Below, piece after piece: positions 29,721 through 39,196 of a DNA stretch of 64,000 bases. The DNA lies in NCBI GenBank assembly GCA_963664195.1, contig OY760907.1, positions 736,001 to 800,000 of the forward strand. The letters run 5' to 3'. The first letter of the stretch is position 1; each line of letters opens with the position of its first letter. Made by a program: the position numbers and the translations under genes. A model generated the notes under the pieces. That model did not search any database. It was not told the DNA's origin and saw only the letters and a program-made list of their open reading frames with translations. This stretch comes from an uncultured candidate division Zixibacteria bacterium. GTDB taxonomy: Bacteria; Zixibacteria; MSB-5A5; GN15; FEB-12.

Positions 29721-30806
29721 ATGGCTAGAATTTTCAACTTCAATGCGGGTCCCTCGACCCTGCCGCTTGATGTCCTGAAGATCGTCCAGGACGAACTTCT
29801 GGATTATCGTGGCACGGGCATGTCGGTGATGGAAATGTCCCACCGCTCCCCGGAATTCGACGAGATCAACGAGCAGGCTATTTCCCTGACCCGTGAGCTG
29901 ATGGGTCTCGACGAGAAGTACCATGTGATGTTTGTTGGCGGCGGCGCTTCCACGCAGTTCGCTTACATTCCGATGAACTTCCTCCACGAGGGCATGACCG
30001 CTGCCTATGTTGACACCGGCACATGGTCGACCAAAGCGCTTCAGGAAGCCCAGAACCTCGGCAATACGCATCTCGCGGGCAGCTCCAAGGACGAAGGCTA
30101 CTGCCGCATCCCTAAACAGTCGGAACTCGATGTCCCGAAAGACGCCGCCTACCTGCATATCACCTCGAACAACACCATCAAGGGAACGCAGTACCATGAG
30201 TTCCCGCAGTACGACGGTATTCCGCTTATTGCCGATATGTCCTCGGACATTCTGTCGCGCAAGATAGACTTCACGAAGTTCAGCATGATCTACGCCGGCG
30301 CTCAGAAGAACCTGGGCCCGTCGGGCGTTACGATGGTTGTCATGCACGACGACATGCTGGCCAAATGCAAAAAGGGCCTGCCGTCGATGATCAACTACAA
30401 CACGCACGCTTCGAAGAAATCACTCTACAACACACCGCCGGCGTTCGGCATTTACATGGTCAAGCTGAACATGGAATGGATCAAGGGGCAGGGCGGTCTC
30501 GAGGCGATTGAGAAGGTCAACCGGGCCAAGCAGGAACGCCTGTACCAGGTTTTCGATCTGTACCCGGATTACTTCAGGGGCACGGCCGAGGAAGACAGCC
30601 GTAGCTGGATGAACGTAACGTTCCGCCTTCCGAGCGAAGACCTCGAGAAGAAGTTCATCGCCGAAGCGAAGGCGGCCGGTTTCGGCGGTCTGAAGGGTCA
30701 CCGTTCGGTCGGCGGTTGCAGAGCTTCGATCTACAACGCGATGACGCTTGAGGGTTGCGAGAAGCTGGTCGAGTTCATGGAGGCTTTCAAGAAAGCCAAC
30801 TCGTAG
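29721..30806 (+). CDS. serC: Phosphoserine aminotransferase
   Basis: NFNAGP, EMSHRS, DMSSD, GAQKNLG, NTPP and GHRSVGG motifs. Confidence 0.97.
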   Translation: MARIFNFNAGPSTLPLDVLKIVQDELLDYRGTGMSVMEMSHRSPEFDEINEQAISLTRELMGLDEKYHVMFVGGGASTQFAYIPMNFLHEGMTAAYVDTGTWSTKALQEAQNLGNTHLAGSSKDEGYCRIPKQSELDVPKDAAYLHITSNNTIKGTQYHEFPQYDGIPLIADMSSDILSRKIDFTKFSMIYAGAQKNLGPSGVTMVVMHDDMLAKCKKGLPSMINYNTHASKKSLYNTPPAFGIYMVKLNMEWIKGQGGLEAIEKVNRAKQERLYQVFDLYPDYFRGTAEEDSRSWMNVTFRLPSEDLEKKFIAEAKAAGFGGLKGHRSVGGCRASIYNAMTLEGCEKLVEFMEAFKKANS

Positions 30807-30818
30807 ATTGATTCGATT

Positions 30819-31230
30819 GTAGGTCGAAACTCCTGTAGTTACGACAATGGATTGATATCGAAACCGGGATTCCGTATGGAATCCCGGTTTTGTTTGCGGG
30901 TGAGTATCTCTGAATGCAATCATCGTCGCCTTGGTGCCGCACTGCTTGCGATACGATTGGGATTCAATGCTTTGGTTTCAAGGAGAACAGACTTCTCAAC
31001 GCGTGCCACCCTCAAACGTTTCGTCCAGACTTCGACCCTCGCCGCAAGCTCGGAGTTTGAGGGTGTACTCCCTTGAATCCGCGACGACACCTTCTCCGGG
31101 TGGCCGGTTCAAACTTGTTTGGACCGGATTCTCATCGCCCCCCAAGCAGTGCGGCACCGGGGCAGAGACAAGACAGGCAAGGACAATAGAACCGGCAAGG
31201 CTGTCACTCCCGTGGGCGGCAGACGATAGT
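30819..31230. repeat. Intergenic mosaic of REP-like palindromes (families A, D, C, GTGCGGCACC, CCGGTTCAAACTTGTTTGGACCGG)
   Basis: Several distinct palindromic units, most of which recur elsewhere in the window. Confidence 0.65.
30861..30891 (+). terminator. Terminator after serC
   Basis: AAACCGGGATTCC-gtat-GGAATCCCGGTTTT. Confidence 0.85.
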
Positions 31231-31376
31231 GTGCCCGTTGAAAAACCGCCACCCCGATACGTCGTCTCTTGTTGACTCTCCCCCGATAATCCGCGAACCT
31301 TCCACTCAAGATGTCGGGTTTCTCACCCCGCCGCGGCGGGCCTCGGAACCGCGACCTACTAAGACAGGAGAACCGC

Positions 31377-32021
31377 ATGTCTGATAAATACAAAGCCGAT
31401 GAAGCCGATTTCACACAGTTAGCCGAAATCGCACGAGAAACCCTCATCGGGCGCGTCGGGATCATCACCCCCGATGGATATCCGAGAGTCGTGCCGATCA
31501 ATTTCGCTCTCCTCGATGGCCGTATCTACTTCCACGGTGCGCTCTCCGGCGAGAAGTACGACGTGTTCGCCACCAACCCCAAGGTCACGATCTCAATAGA
31601 CATCCCGTACGCCGCGCTCCCATCGTACTGGCAAAGCGAGCAGTACGGCTGCAAAGCCAATCAATTCTACAAGTCTGTCCTCGTCAAAGGTCGCGGATCT
31701 CTCGTGACCGAGGTCGCCGAGAAGACAGCCTCGCTGCAGGCGTTGATGGAAAAGCACCAACCCGAGGGTCGCTTCACTAAACTCACTCCCGATGAGCCGC
31801 TCTACAAAAAAGTCATCGCAGAAACCGGCATCTACCGGATCGACCCGGAACAAATCACAGTCAAAACGTCATTCGGGCAGAACATGACCGAGCGCCTTCG
31901 TAACAAGATCATCGACCTTCTCGAAGAACGCGACTCTGAAGTCGATCTCAAAACCACCGAGGAGGTTCGCAAGACGCTCGTAGAAGACTTCGATTATACT
32001 GAAGGGAAACATGATGAATAG
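31377..32021 (+). CDS. Pyridoxamine 5'-phosphate oxidase-like (NimA-type) flavin-binding protein
   Basis: GYPRVVPINF..IYFHG..GEK..NPKV..YKSV..G pattern. Confidence 0.8.
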   Translation: MSDKYKADEADFTQLAEIARETLIGRVGIITPDGYPRVVPINFALLDGRIYFHGALSGEKYDVFATNPKVTISIDIPYAALPSYWQSEQYGCKANQFYKSVLVKGRGSLVTEVAEKTASLQALMEKHQPEGRFTKLTPDEPLYKKVIAETGIYRIDPEQITVKTSFGQNMTERLRNKIIDLLEERDSEVDLKTTEEVRKTLVEDFDYTEGKHDE

Positions 32022-32400
32022 AAAGCTCATCACTTCCGGCTCACCGTACGAAGAGCCGATCGGCTTCTCACGCGCCGTGAGAGTCGGCAATGTCATCTCG
32101 GTTGCCGGTACCGGTCCTATCGGTCCCGACGGCAACACGGCCTGTGTCGGTGATGCCTACGGTCAGGCGATGCGATGTCTCGAGATCATTAAGAAAGCTA
32201 TCGAAGACGCAGGCGGCAAAATCGAAAACGTGATTCGTACGCGACAGATGATCACCGACATCTCAAAATGGGAAGAAGTCGGTCGCGCTCACGGGAAGTT
32301 TTTCTCCGAAATAAGACCGGCCAGCACGATGGTCGAGGTGAAGGGATTGGTGCAACCGGACTGGATTGTGGAGATCGAGGCAGACTGTGTGATCGACTGA
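32011..32400 (+). CDS. RidA/YjgF family protein
   Basis: GFSRAVRVG, VIRTR, RPASTMVEV and VEIEA motifs. Confidence 0.9.
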   Translation: MMNRKLITSGSPYEEPIGFSRAVRVGNVISVAGTGPIGPDGNTACVGDAYGQAMRCLEIIKKAIEDAGGKIENVIRTRQMITDISKWEEVGRAHGKFFSEIRPASTMVEVKGLVQPDWIVEIEADCVID

Positions 32401-32578
32401 TACGGTGAAGTAGGCGGGCTACCCAAGCCATTGGCAAACAGTCTATTACGAGCGCGGTGAATGATTCACACGTTCCCCACATTTAGGAACAGGTAGCCGC
32501 TAATCACTTGACAAATCGGGTTTGAAAACGTTCTTTTCAGCTTGATGCCAACCGCCAACTCGTCCAAAGGAGCCCCTC

Positions 32579-33805
32579 TTGCAAGCGGAAAACGAGGCGC
32601 AGATCGCTCGCGTTGATATGTTCGATAAGTGTCGGTCTTTCACCACTGCCGAGGAAGTGCGGCAGATGGGAATATATCCCTATTTTCACCCTATTCAGGA
32701 TGCTCCTGGTGACGAAGTTTTGGTCGACGGCAAACGTTGCGTGATGATTGGCTCCAACAATTACCTGGGGCTGGTCAACCATCCGAAAGTCAAAGAAGCT
32801 GCTGCCAAAGCGGCCCTGAAATATGGTTCCGGCTGCACTGGTTCGCCTTTCCTCAACGGTACGCTCGATTTGCATCTGGAGCTTCAAGAACGGCTCGCCA
32901 GATTCGTCGGCACCGAGGATGCCCTCGTCTTCTCGACCGGCTTCCAGACAAACCTCGGTTCGATATCCTGCCTCGCCGGCAAAAACGACGCCCTCGTGAT
33001 CGACCGCCAGGACCATGCCTGTATAGTGGACGCCTGCCGCCTTTCATACGGAAAAACCTATAAATTCGCCCATAACGACATGGAAGATCTGGACCGCGTT
33101 CTGACCAACGTTCGGAGTATAAACTCCCGAGGCGGGATCATGATCGTTGTCGACGGTGTTTTCTCGATGGAAGGTGACATCATTGATCTCCCGGCGCTGG
33201 TAAAAGTAGCAAAGAGACACAACGCGCGGATTATGGTCGATGACGCCCATTCCATCGGCGTGCTCGGCAAGACCGGAGCCGGCACCGCGCAGCACTTCGG
33301 CCTTCAAGATGAGGTTGACCTGACGATGGGGACTTTCTCCAAGTCATTCGCCTCACAGGGCGGCTTCATTGCCGGCGACAAACAGGTTATTGAGTATGTT
33401 AAGCACTTCGCCCGCGCGCTCATTTTTTCGGCCTCGATCACGCCATCGTCGGCAGCAGCCGTGCTGGCAGCCCTGGACATCACAGAAGCCGAGCCAGAAC
33501 GTCGAGAGAATCTCTGGAAGAATGCACGCCGGATGCAGAAGGAACTTCGCGGCCTCGGTTTTGATATCGGCAGGACGGCGACGCCGGTGATTCCTATCCT
33601 TATTGGAGAGGACATCGCCTGTTTCGAGTTCTGGAAAGCACTCTATGATAACGGCGTATTTGCCAACCCGGCTGTTTCGCCGGCAGTCCCGCCGGGGCAT
33701 GCCATGATTCGTACCTCCTACACCGCCACACAGACCGACGAGCAACTTGACCGCGTACTTGAAGTCATGGCCAAGGTCGGTCGCGAGAAGGGATTGATTT
33801 CCTAG
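32579..33805 (+). CDS. spt: Serine palmitoyltransferase (alpha-oxoamine synthase family)
   Basis: GIYPYF, GSNNYLGL, GSPFLNGTLDLH, DGVFSMEGD, DDAH and MGTFSKS motifs; 4 nt upstream of a bCerS-like GNAT gene. Confidence 0.78.
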   Translation: MQAENEAQIARVDMFDKCRSFTTAEEVRQMGIYPYFHPIQDAPGDEVLVDGKRCVMIGSNNYLGLVNHPKVKEAAAKAALKYGSGCTGSPFLNGTLDLHLELQERLARFVGTEDALVFSTGFQTNLGSISCLAGKNDALVIDRQDHACIVDACRLSYGKTYKFAHNDMEDLDRVLTNVRSINSRGGIMIVVDGVFSMEGDIIDLPALVKVAKRHNARIMVDDAHSIGVLGKTGAGTAQHFGLQDEVDLTMGTFSKSFASQGGFIAGDKQVIEYVKHFARALIFSASITPSSAAAVLAALDITEAEPERRENLWKNARRMQKELRGLGFDIGRTATPVIPILIGEDIACFEFWKALYDNGVFANPAVSPAVPPGHAMIRTSYTATQTDEQLDRVLEVMAKVGREKGLIS

Positions 33806-33809
33806 TACT

Positions 33810-34937
33810 ATGGGCAATGTCGAAGTAGTAGAAGTAGAATCCCGAGCACAGCTCAAGAAGTTCATCACCTATCCGAACAAACTGTATGCTGGCGACAAGA
33901 ACTACGTCACCCCGTTAATAATGGAGCGTAAGGAATTCTTTGACACTGCACACAATCCGTTCTATCGGGTGGCGCGCACCAAGCTGTTTTTGGCGATGCG
34001 GGACAACGAAGTAGTCGGTCGTATCGCTACCTGCATCTATTACCGCCACAACGAATACCACGAGGAACAGACCGGCTTCTTTGGGTTTTTCGATACGCCG
34101 GACGATGAAGAGATTTCGCACAAGCTGCTCAAAGTGGCGATGATTACGCTCAAAAAGGCTGGCATGGACAAGATGCGCGGCCCGATGAATTTCTCGACCA
34201 ATCACGAGTGCGGATTCCTCCTCGAGGGATTTGACAGCCCCCCCATGGTCATGATGACCTACAACAATCCGTATCAGGTACGTCTCGCGGAATCCTTTGG
34301 CTTGAAGAAGGCCATGGACCTGTTGGCGTTCACGATCAACAAGGATCAGGGCATTCCGGAGCGACTGCAAAACGTGGTCGACAAGGTGCGGAAGCGGACG
34401 AAAGTCACGATTCGAAGCCTGAACATGAAGGATTTCGATCATGAGCTTGAACTCGTCCAGAAGATCTACAACTCCGGCTGGGCCAACAACTGGGGATTCG
34501 TACCGATGGATGAAGCGGAGTTTGCTCACCTCGCCAAGAATCTCAAGCAGATTGTTGATCCGGACATCGTCTTGATAGCAGAATGCGAAGGCGAACCGGT
34601 CGGCTTCTCGCTCGCCCTGCCCAACATTAACCAGGCACTCATCAAACTCAACGGCAGGCTGTTCCCCACCGGACTCGCCAAACTCCTCTGGCACACAAAG
34701 ATCAGGAACAAGGTAGACTCGACTCGACTGGTCATTTTCGGTATCGTTCCTCAGTTCCAGAAACGCGCCATTGATTCTATGCTTTTTATCGAGACCTTCC
34801 ACCGGGGGGTTGCCAAAGGGTACAACACGGCCGAGCTGTCCTGGATTCTCGAAACAAACGAACTCATGTGTCGCTCGGCGGAACAGATGGGCGCCAAACC
34901 GTATAAGAAGTATCGTATTGTCGAGATGCCGCTTTAG
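33810..34937 (+). CDS. GNAT-fold N-acyltransferase, bacterial ceramide synthase (bCerS)-like
   Basis: 375 aa; NPFY, VGRI, GFFGFF, GPMNFSTN.E.G.L..GF, NWGFVP and ELSWILE.N motifs. Confidence 0.75.
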   Translation: MGNVEVVEVESRAQLKKFITYPNKLYAGDKNYVTPLIMERKEFFDTAHNPFYRVARTKLFLAMRDNEVVGRIATCIYYRHNEYHEEQTGFFGFFDTPDDEEISHKLLKVAMITLKKAGMDKMRGPMNFSTNHECGFLLEGFDSPPMVMMTYNNPYQVRLAESFGLKKAMDLLAFTINKDQGIPERLQNVVDKVRKRTKVTIRSLNMKDFDHELELVQKIYNSGWANNWGFVPMDEAEFAHLAKNLKQIVDPDIVLIAECEGEPVGFSLALPNINQALIKLNGRLFPTGLAKLLWHTKIRNKVDSTRLVIFGIVPQFQKRAIDSMLFIETFHRGVAKGYNTAELSWILETNELMCRSAEQMGAKPYKKYRIVEMPL

Positions 34938-34983
34938 TCGACGGTTCGATTAAACAAAACCTCAGCCAGAACGTTCTGTTACT

Positions 34984-35532
34984 ATGCCAATAAGATCGAT
35001 CTTTTCACGCACTGCGCTCGCCCTGTTGTTTCTCACTATTTTCGCAAGCTGCACCAGCCGCTATCGCATGGAGCTTTTTGAAATCCGCGGCGAGGAGCAA
35101 AGAAAAATCAAGGTCGAAAAGACACAGTATATCAACGGCGGGATTCTCGCCGATCCTATGGCGACAGAAAAGGTTGTCAAGGGCAGAGGCAGCTGTATCG
35201 TGTTGAACACCGGCGCGCGAGGCGATATGGCTGACACCGACAAGGCGACTCTCGTCGGCTACGACAAGTATCTCCGTTACATGATCTATATGCAGCTCCC
35301 GGAGAACGTCCGGGTGGAAACCTATCCGCTCAACGACCGCTCCTTTGCCCATCTGCTGGGGGAATACGAACTCCCGGCTGAAGACAAGATGTTTATCTGC
35401 ACCGGGGGGAGTTTGGTAGTAGACTCAATCCCCAAGAAGCATCTCTACGGCGAGATCAAGGCAGACTACGAGAATGCCAAAGGCGAGCCGGTCACGTTCC
35501 AGGGCAAGTTCCGTGTGAAAGTCGCGCGGTAG
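34984..35532 (+). CDS. Hypothetical lipoprotein
   Basis: Signal peptide with the FASC lipobox. Confidence 0.7.
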   Translation: MPIRSIFSRTALALLFLTIFASCTSRYRMELFEIRGEEQRKIKVEKTQYINGGILADPMATEKVVKGRGSCIVLNTGARGDMADTDKATLVGYDKYLRYMIYMQLPENVRVETYPLNDRSFAHLLGEYELPAEDKMFICTGGSLVVDSIPKKHLYGEIKADYENAKGEPVTFQGKFRVKVAR

Positions 35533-35543
35533 AGGTCGAGATT

Positions 35544-36068
35544 CTAGGAACTCTCTCCCGCCAATTTCTCTCGTACCGCTTTTTTGAAAAGCCCCAGTCC
35601 AACGTCATCAAACAGGCAAAACTGAATCCGTTGCACATGTTTGGCCTGTGACTTCCACAACCGCGCCGCCTCCACCATAATGTTCGCACACGGTCGGATC
35701 GGGAATCGGCCCACTCCCGTACCGAAAGCCGGCAACGCAACCGATTCAACCTTGAGCTTATCCGCGATATTGAGACAGGCAATGGTCGTCTGCCGGATCA
35801 ACACATTGTTCGTGTGAAGGTCCTGCCCCATCACCGCACCATGGATGACATACTTAAACGGAAGCTGTCCCGCTCCGGTGAAGATTGCCTCGCCGGGCAT
35901 AACCGGCCCCTTGGCGGTCGCTTCCTTCTCTATTATGTCTCCCCCCCTGGCCTTGATCGCGCCGGCCACACCTGACCCCATCCAAAAACGATTGTTGGCG
36001 GCATTTACGATTGCTTCGGTATCTGTCGCGGTAATATCACCCTGGATAACTTCGAGAATACAGGACAT
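35544..36068 (-). CDS. Macro domain protein (ADP-ribose binding/deacylase)
   Basis: QGDIT, AIVNAAN, MGSGVAGAI and PAFGTGVG motifs; true start at 36068, overlapping the PAP2 stop. Confidence 0.93.
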   Translation of the reverse strand: MSCILEVIQGDITATDTEAIVNAANNRFWMGSGVAGAIKARGGDIIEKEATAKGPVMPGEAIFTGAGQLPFKYVIHGAVMGQDLHTNNVLIRQTTIACLNIADKLKVESVALPAFGTGVGRFPIRPCANIMVEAARLWKSQAKHVQRIQFCLFDDVGLGLFKKAVREKLAGESS

Positions 36069-36640
36069 CAGCTCTCCCCTCCGGTTTTTCGCACGGGGAT
36101 ACGCCCCATGACATACTTTCTGTAAACAATTGCTATCGTCAGACCTATGGTAGCACCAAGCAATGAACCGGCAAGAACATCCCCCGGATAATGCACGCCC
36201 ACATAGACGCGACTGATTGCCACAATCCCTGCAAAGCTCAACAGATATACGCGCGTCTTGGGATACAGGAGAGAAAACAACACCGCCTGGGTAAAAGCGT
36301 TGGCTGCGTGTGACGAGGGCATTGACTTCCCACCTCCACAACGGACCAGCAGGTTGATGCCGTCGAGCGTATGGCAGGGCCGAATGCGTCCGATCATTGG
36401 CTTGAGCAGACTGGATGATATCTGATCCGCCGCCAAAAGCGCCAGCAGCGAAAACAGAATCAACCACCTGAGCCGGGCGTCGCCCTTCCAGATAATGCCA
36501 ACAAGCGCGACCAGATAAACGCACCGCAGCAGAATATCCGAGGTGACTATCGGCATAACAACGTCTGTCACCGGATTGGCGAGAGTGACGTTCAAAAACA
36601 AGAAGACCGCCTGATCAAGGGCTGTCAATGTCTCAAGCAT
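36068..36640 (-). CDS. PAP2 family membrane phosphatase
   Basis: K-x6-RP, PSSH and SRVYVGVHYPGD motifs. Confidence 0.93.
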   Translation of the reverse strand: MLETLTALDQAVFLFLNVTLANPVTDVVMPIVTSDILLRCVYLVALVGIIWKGDARLRWLILFSLLALLAADQISSSLLKPMIGRIRPCHTLDGINLLVRCGGGKSMPSSHAANAFTQAVLFSLLYPKTRVYLLSFAGIVAISRVYVGVHYPGDVLAGSLLGATIGLTIAIVYRKYVMGRIPVRKTGGES

Positions 36641-37571
36641 ACTGCCTCGGCTTTGATTTCAAGAACGTTTGCAACTGCGCGCAATTGGGAAGACCTGTCC
36701 GTGCTCCCATCTTGATACACTTAAGTGCCGCCACCGCCGCTCCCAGTCTCATCCTTTCAGCCAAACCGGCGCCCTGCAGAAGGCCGTGGAAATAACCCGC
36801 ATGGAAGGCATCCCCTGCCCCGGTCGTATCCGCCACCTTCACCTTGAACGCCCGTTGCCTGATAATCCGTCCCTTTTCATATCCGACAGAGCCTTTGATC
36901 CCGTCCGTCACCACGACCACACCCTTAGACTCCCTGCCAAGGGTCTCGACAGCCTTGCGTATCGTGCTCTGTCCGGTGAACGGCAACGCAAACGCCCCGG
37001 CAACCACGAGATGATCCACAAGCGGAATGATCGCTGAGACATCGTTGCGCATGGAGCCGACATCGAAACAGATAGTCGCCCCAACCTTTCGTGCCCATCG
37101 CGCCAGTTTCATGCAGGCTTCCATGTCACGACCGTCAAGATGCACCACTCGGGGGATCGGCAACCGTGCTGTCACAACATCGCGTGTGGTCACATGGATA
37201 TTTCGATTGAGAACCATCGTTCGCTCACCGCTCCCGCGCTCGATAAGACCAACGGCCGTATCGGAAGTTCCCCTTTTACATACGACATGGCGCATGTCGA
37301 CCCCCTCAGATTCCATCTCCCGAATCCCCTGACGACCGGTCAGATCATCAGCAACGGCCGTAATCAGGGCGCCAGAATACCCCATCCTCCGCAATCCAAC
37401 CAAAACGTTGGGTACGGGGCCTCCCCCCTGCACGGTCATCCCATCACTGTCGATCTTGGATCCGCTGGCAGGATACCGGGCCACCTCGAACAGCAAGTCA
37501 AACGGCATTATACCGAGGCCGAGACAATCAACCCGGCCGACCGGACTAATCTTCGGAAGTGATTTCTTCAA
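36633..37571 (-). CDS. PfkB/ribokinase family carbohydrate kinase
   Basis: GGGP..N and DTTGAGDAF motifs. Confidence 0.92.
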   Translation of the reverse strand: MKKSLPKISPVGRVDCLGLGIMPFDLLFEVARYPASGSKIDSDGMTVQGGGPVPNVLVGLRRMGYSGALITAVADDLTGRQGIREMESEGVDMRHVVCKRGTSDTAVGLIERGSGERTMVLNRNIHVTTRDVVTARLPIPRVVHLDGRDMEACMKLARWARKVGATICFDVGSMRNDVSAIIPLVDHLVVAGAFALPFTGQSTIRKAVETLGRESKGVVVVTDGIKGSVGYEKGRIIRQRAFKVKVADTTGAGDAFHAGYFHGLLQGAGLAERMRLGAAVAALKCIKMGARTGLPNCAQLQTFLKSKPRQYA

Positions 37572-38181
37572 CCTTCCCCTTCCCTGAACTCAGTTCGACA
37601 AAGGTCGCCACCAACCGTGCGGCCAGACTCTGCCGGACGCGAACCCGCATGGCGACAGTGTCGGTGAACTCTGCATCAATCACTTCAGCCCCGACGCCCT
37701 GCACGGCTCTGAGCCATCGATCGTATAGCGAAAACTCTAAAGAGAACCGATAGTCCGATGTGAGATAGTTTTCCCGTGTCCCCGCCAGATCCATCGCCGC
37801 CCGTGCCGCCTCGCCATAGGCGCGTACAAGCCCGCCTGTCCCCAGTTTGGTGCCGCCGAAATACCGTGTCACCACACAAAGCACGTTGGTCACCCCCGTA
37901 CCATTGACAACATCGTAGATAGGTTTGCCGGCGGTGCCGCCCGGTTCGCCGTCATCTGAGTACTTGAACTGCATCTCATTGCCTCGACCTACGATGTACG
38001 CGTAACAGTGATGATTGGCTGTGTACTCCCGCTTGCGAATAACGGATAGCCTCTCCAGCGCCTCGTCAACATCGGCAATCAGAAAGACCTCGGCAATGAA
38101 GCGCGAGGCCTTTACTTTGGTCTCAGCACTCGACGATCTCGCGATAGTGAAATATGAGTCTTCTATGGCGGGTTCGCTCAT
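37546..38181 (-). CDS. YigZ/IMPACT family protein
   Basis: SRFIA, HHCYAY, DDGEPGGTAG and VTRYFGGTKLGTGGLVRAY motifs. Confidence 0.95.
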   Translation of the reverse strand: MSEPAIEDSYFTIARSSSAETKVKASRFIAEVFLIADVDEALERLSVIRKREYTANHHCYAYIVGRGNEMQFKYSDDGEPGGTAGKPIYDVVNGTGVTNVLCVVTRYFGGTKLGTGGLVRAYGEAARAAMDLAGTRENYLTSDYRFSLEFSLYDRWLRAVQGVGAEVIDAEFTDTVAMRVRVRQSLAARLVATFVELSSGKGKVEEITSED

Positions 38182-38187
38182 GCTGCC

Positions 38188-39129
38188 TCACACGAGAGAT
38201 TTGATAATGTCCTGAACGCCATCGTATCCGGTGATTGGGACTGCTCCGCAGTCCAGTGCCTGTTTCAGACTCAGTTCATCGGCAAAGGCACCAAACTCCG
38301 GATCAATCATGAAAAACACCAGCTTACCGATTTCGTCACAAAAACGGAGTAGATCCAGAATGCGGCCGCTGTCCTCGTAGGCTTCGGTGACAACAACCGC
38401 CTGGGACAACCCCACCAGCAGACGGTTCGATTGCTCAAGGTTCACGTGGACAAACTTGTTCTCGGGCGGATACTCGCTAATCACACCGCCGTTCTGCACG
38501 ATATCGATAGCAACCGGCATATCGTCAGTCCTGGCGATTTCGTCGAGTCCGCAGTTGAGCACGGCAAACGACGCTCCACCGGCCGTCTTGGCCGCCAGGT
38601 GTACGGCTGAGTCGATCCCTCCTACCATTGAGGAGATCATTTGTATCTTCTGGGCGGAAAACTGCTTCGCCAGCCGAGAAGTCATCTCGATACCCTCACT
38701 GGAGGCTTTTTCGGTCCCCACTAACGCGATCGTCCGCTTATCGGCATCGGGCAGTTTACCTCGCATGTAGAGTATCGAGGGTGGATCGTTCAGCTCAAAC
38801 AACAGACGTGGATACAGGCTCTCAAAGCGCGACAACAGGTTGATTTCCCGGTCGTTCATACTGCGCTCGATTCTTGCAGCCTCCGGAAGATGTGCGGCAG
38901 CGGCGTCGATACGATCGACCGTCGTCTTGTTGATACCCTCGATTTCCGCCAGTTCTTCTTTCTCAGCCAGGAATATGTTCTCGAGAGTTCGGAACCGTCT
39001 CAGTAGTGCGTCCATCAGACGTGGGGTCACGCCGGCGTAACGACACAGAGCCAGAACGCGACATGTTATTGAGAATGGAGTTATATCAATCACGCGACAA
39101 TCTAATCGTTTAAGTCCCGAAGTCAACAA
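38188..39129 (-). CDS. dprA: DNA-processing protein DprA (divergent; start uncertain)
   Basis: YP.LL.EL.DPP.ILY.RG, ALVGT, GID..VH, ISEYPP and NRLLVGLS motifs. Confidence 0.8.
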   Translation of the reverse strand: MLTSGLKRLDCRVIDITPFSITCRVLALCRYAGVTPRLMDALLRRFRTLENIFLAEKEELAEIEGINKTTVDRIDAAAAHLPEAARIERSMNDREINLLSRFESLYPRLLFELNDPPSILYMRGKLPDADKRTIALVGTEKASSEGIEMTSRLAKQFSAQKIQMISSMVGGIDSAVHLAAKTAGGASFAVLNCGLDEIARTDDMPVAIDIVQNGGVISEYPPENKFVHVNLEQSNRLLVGLSQAVVVTEAYEDSGRILDLLRFCDEIGKLVFFMIDPEFGAFADELSLKQALDCGAVPITGYDGVQDIIKSLV

Positions 39130-39196
39130 CAGCCGGACCCGACTTGAAATGCAGCGACTAATTGCTTATACTTCGGCCCCTTGTAACGGAGAACTC

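Noticed and set aside
32579..33805. bioF or kbl annotation
   Set aside because: No bio or tdh genes are adjacent; the motifs and the bCerS-like neighbour favour spt, although this is not proven.
35544..36524. 326-aa version of the macrodomain ORF
   Set aside because: The N-terminal 152 codons overlap the PAP2 gene out of frame; the real start is 36068.
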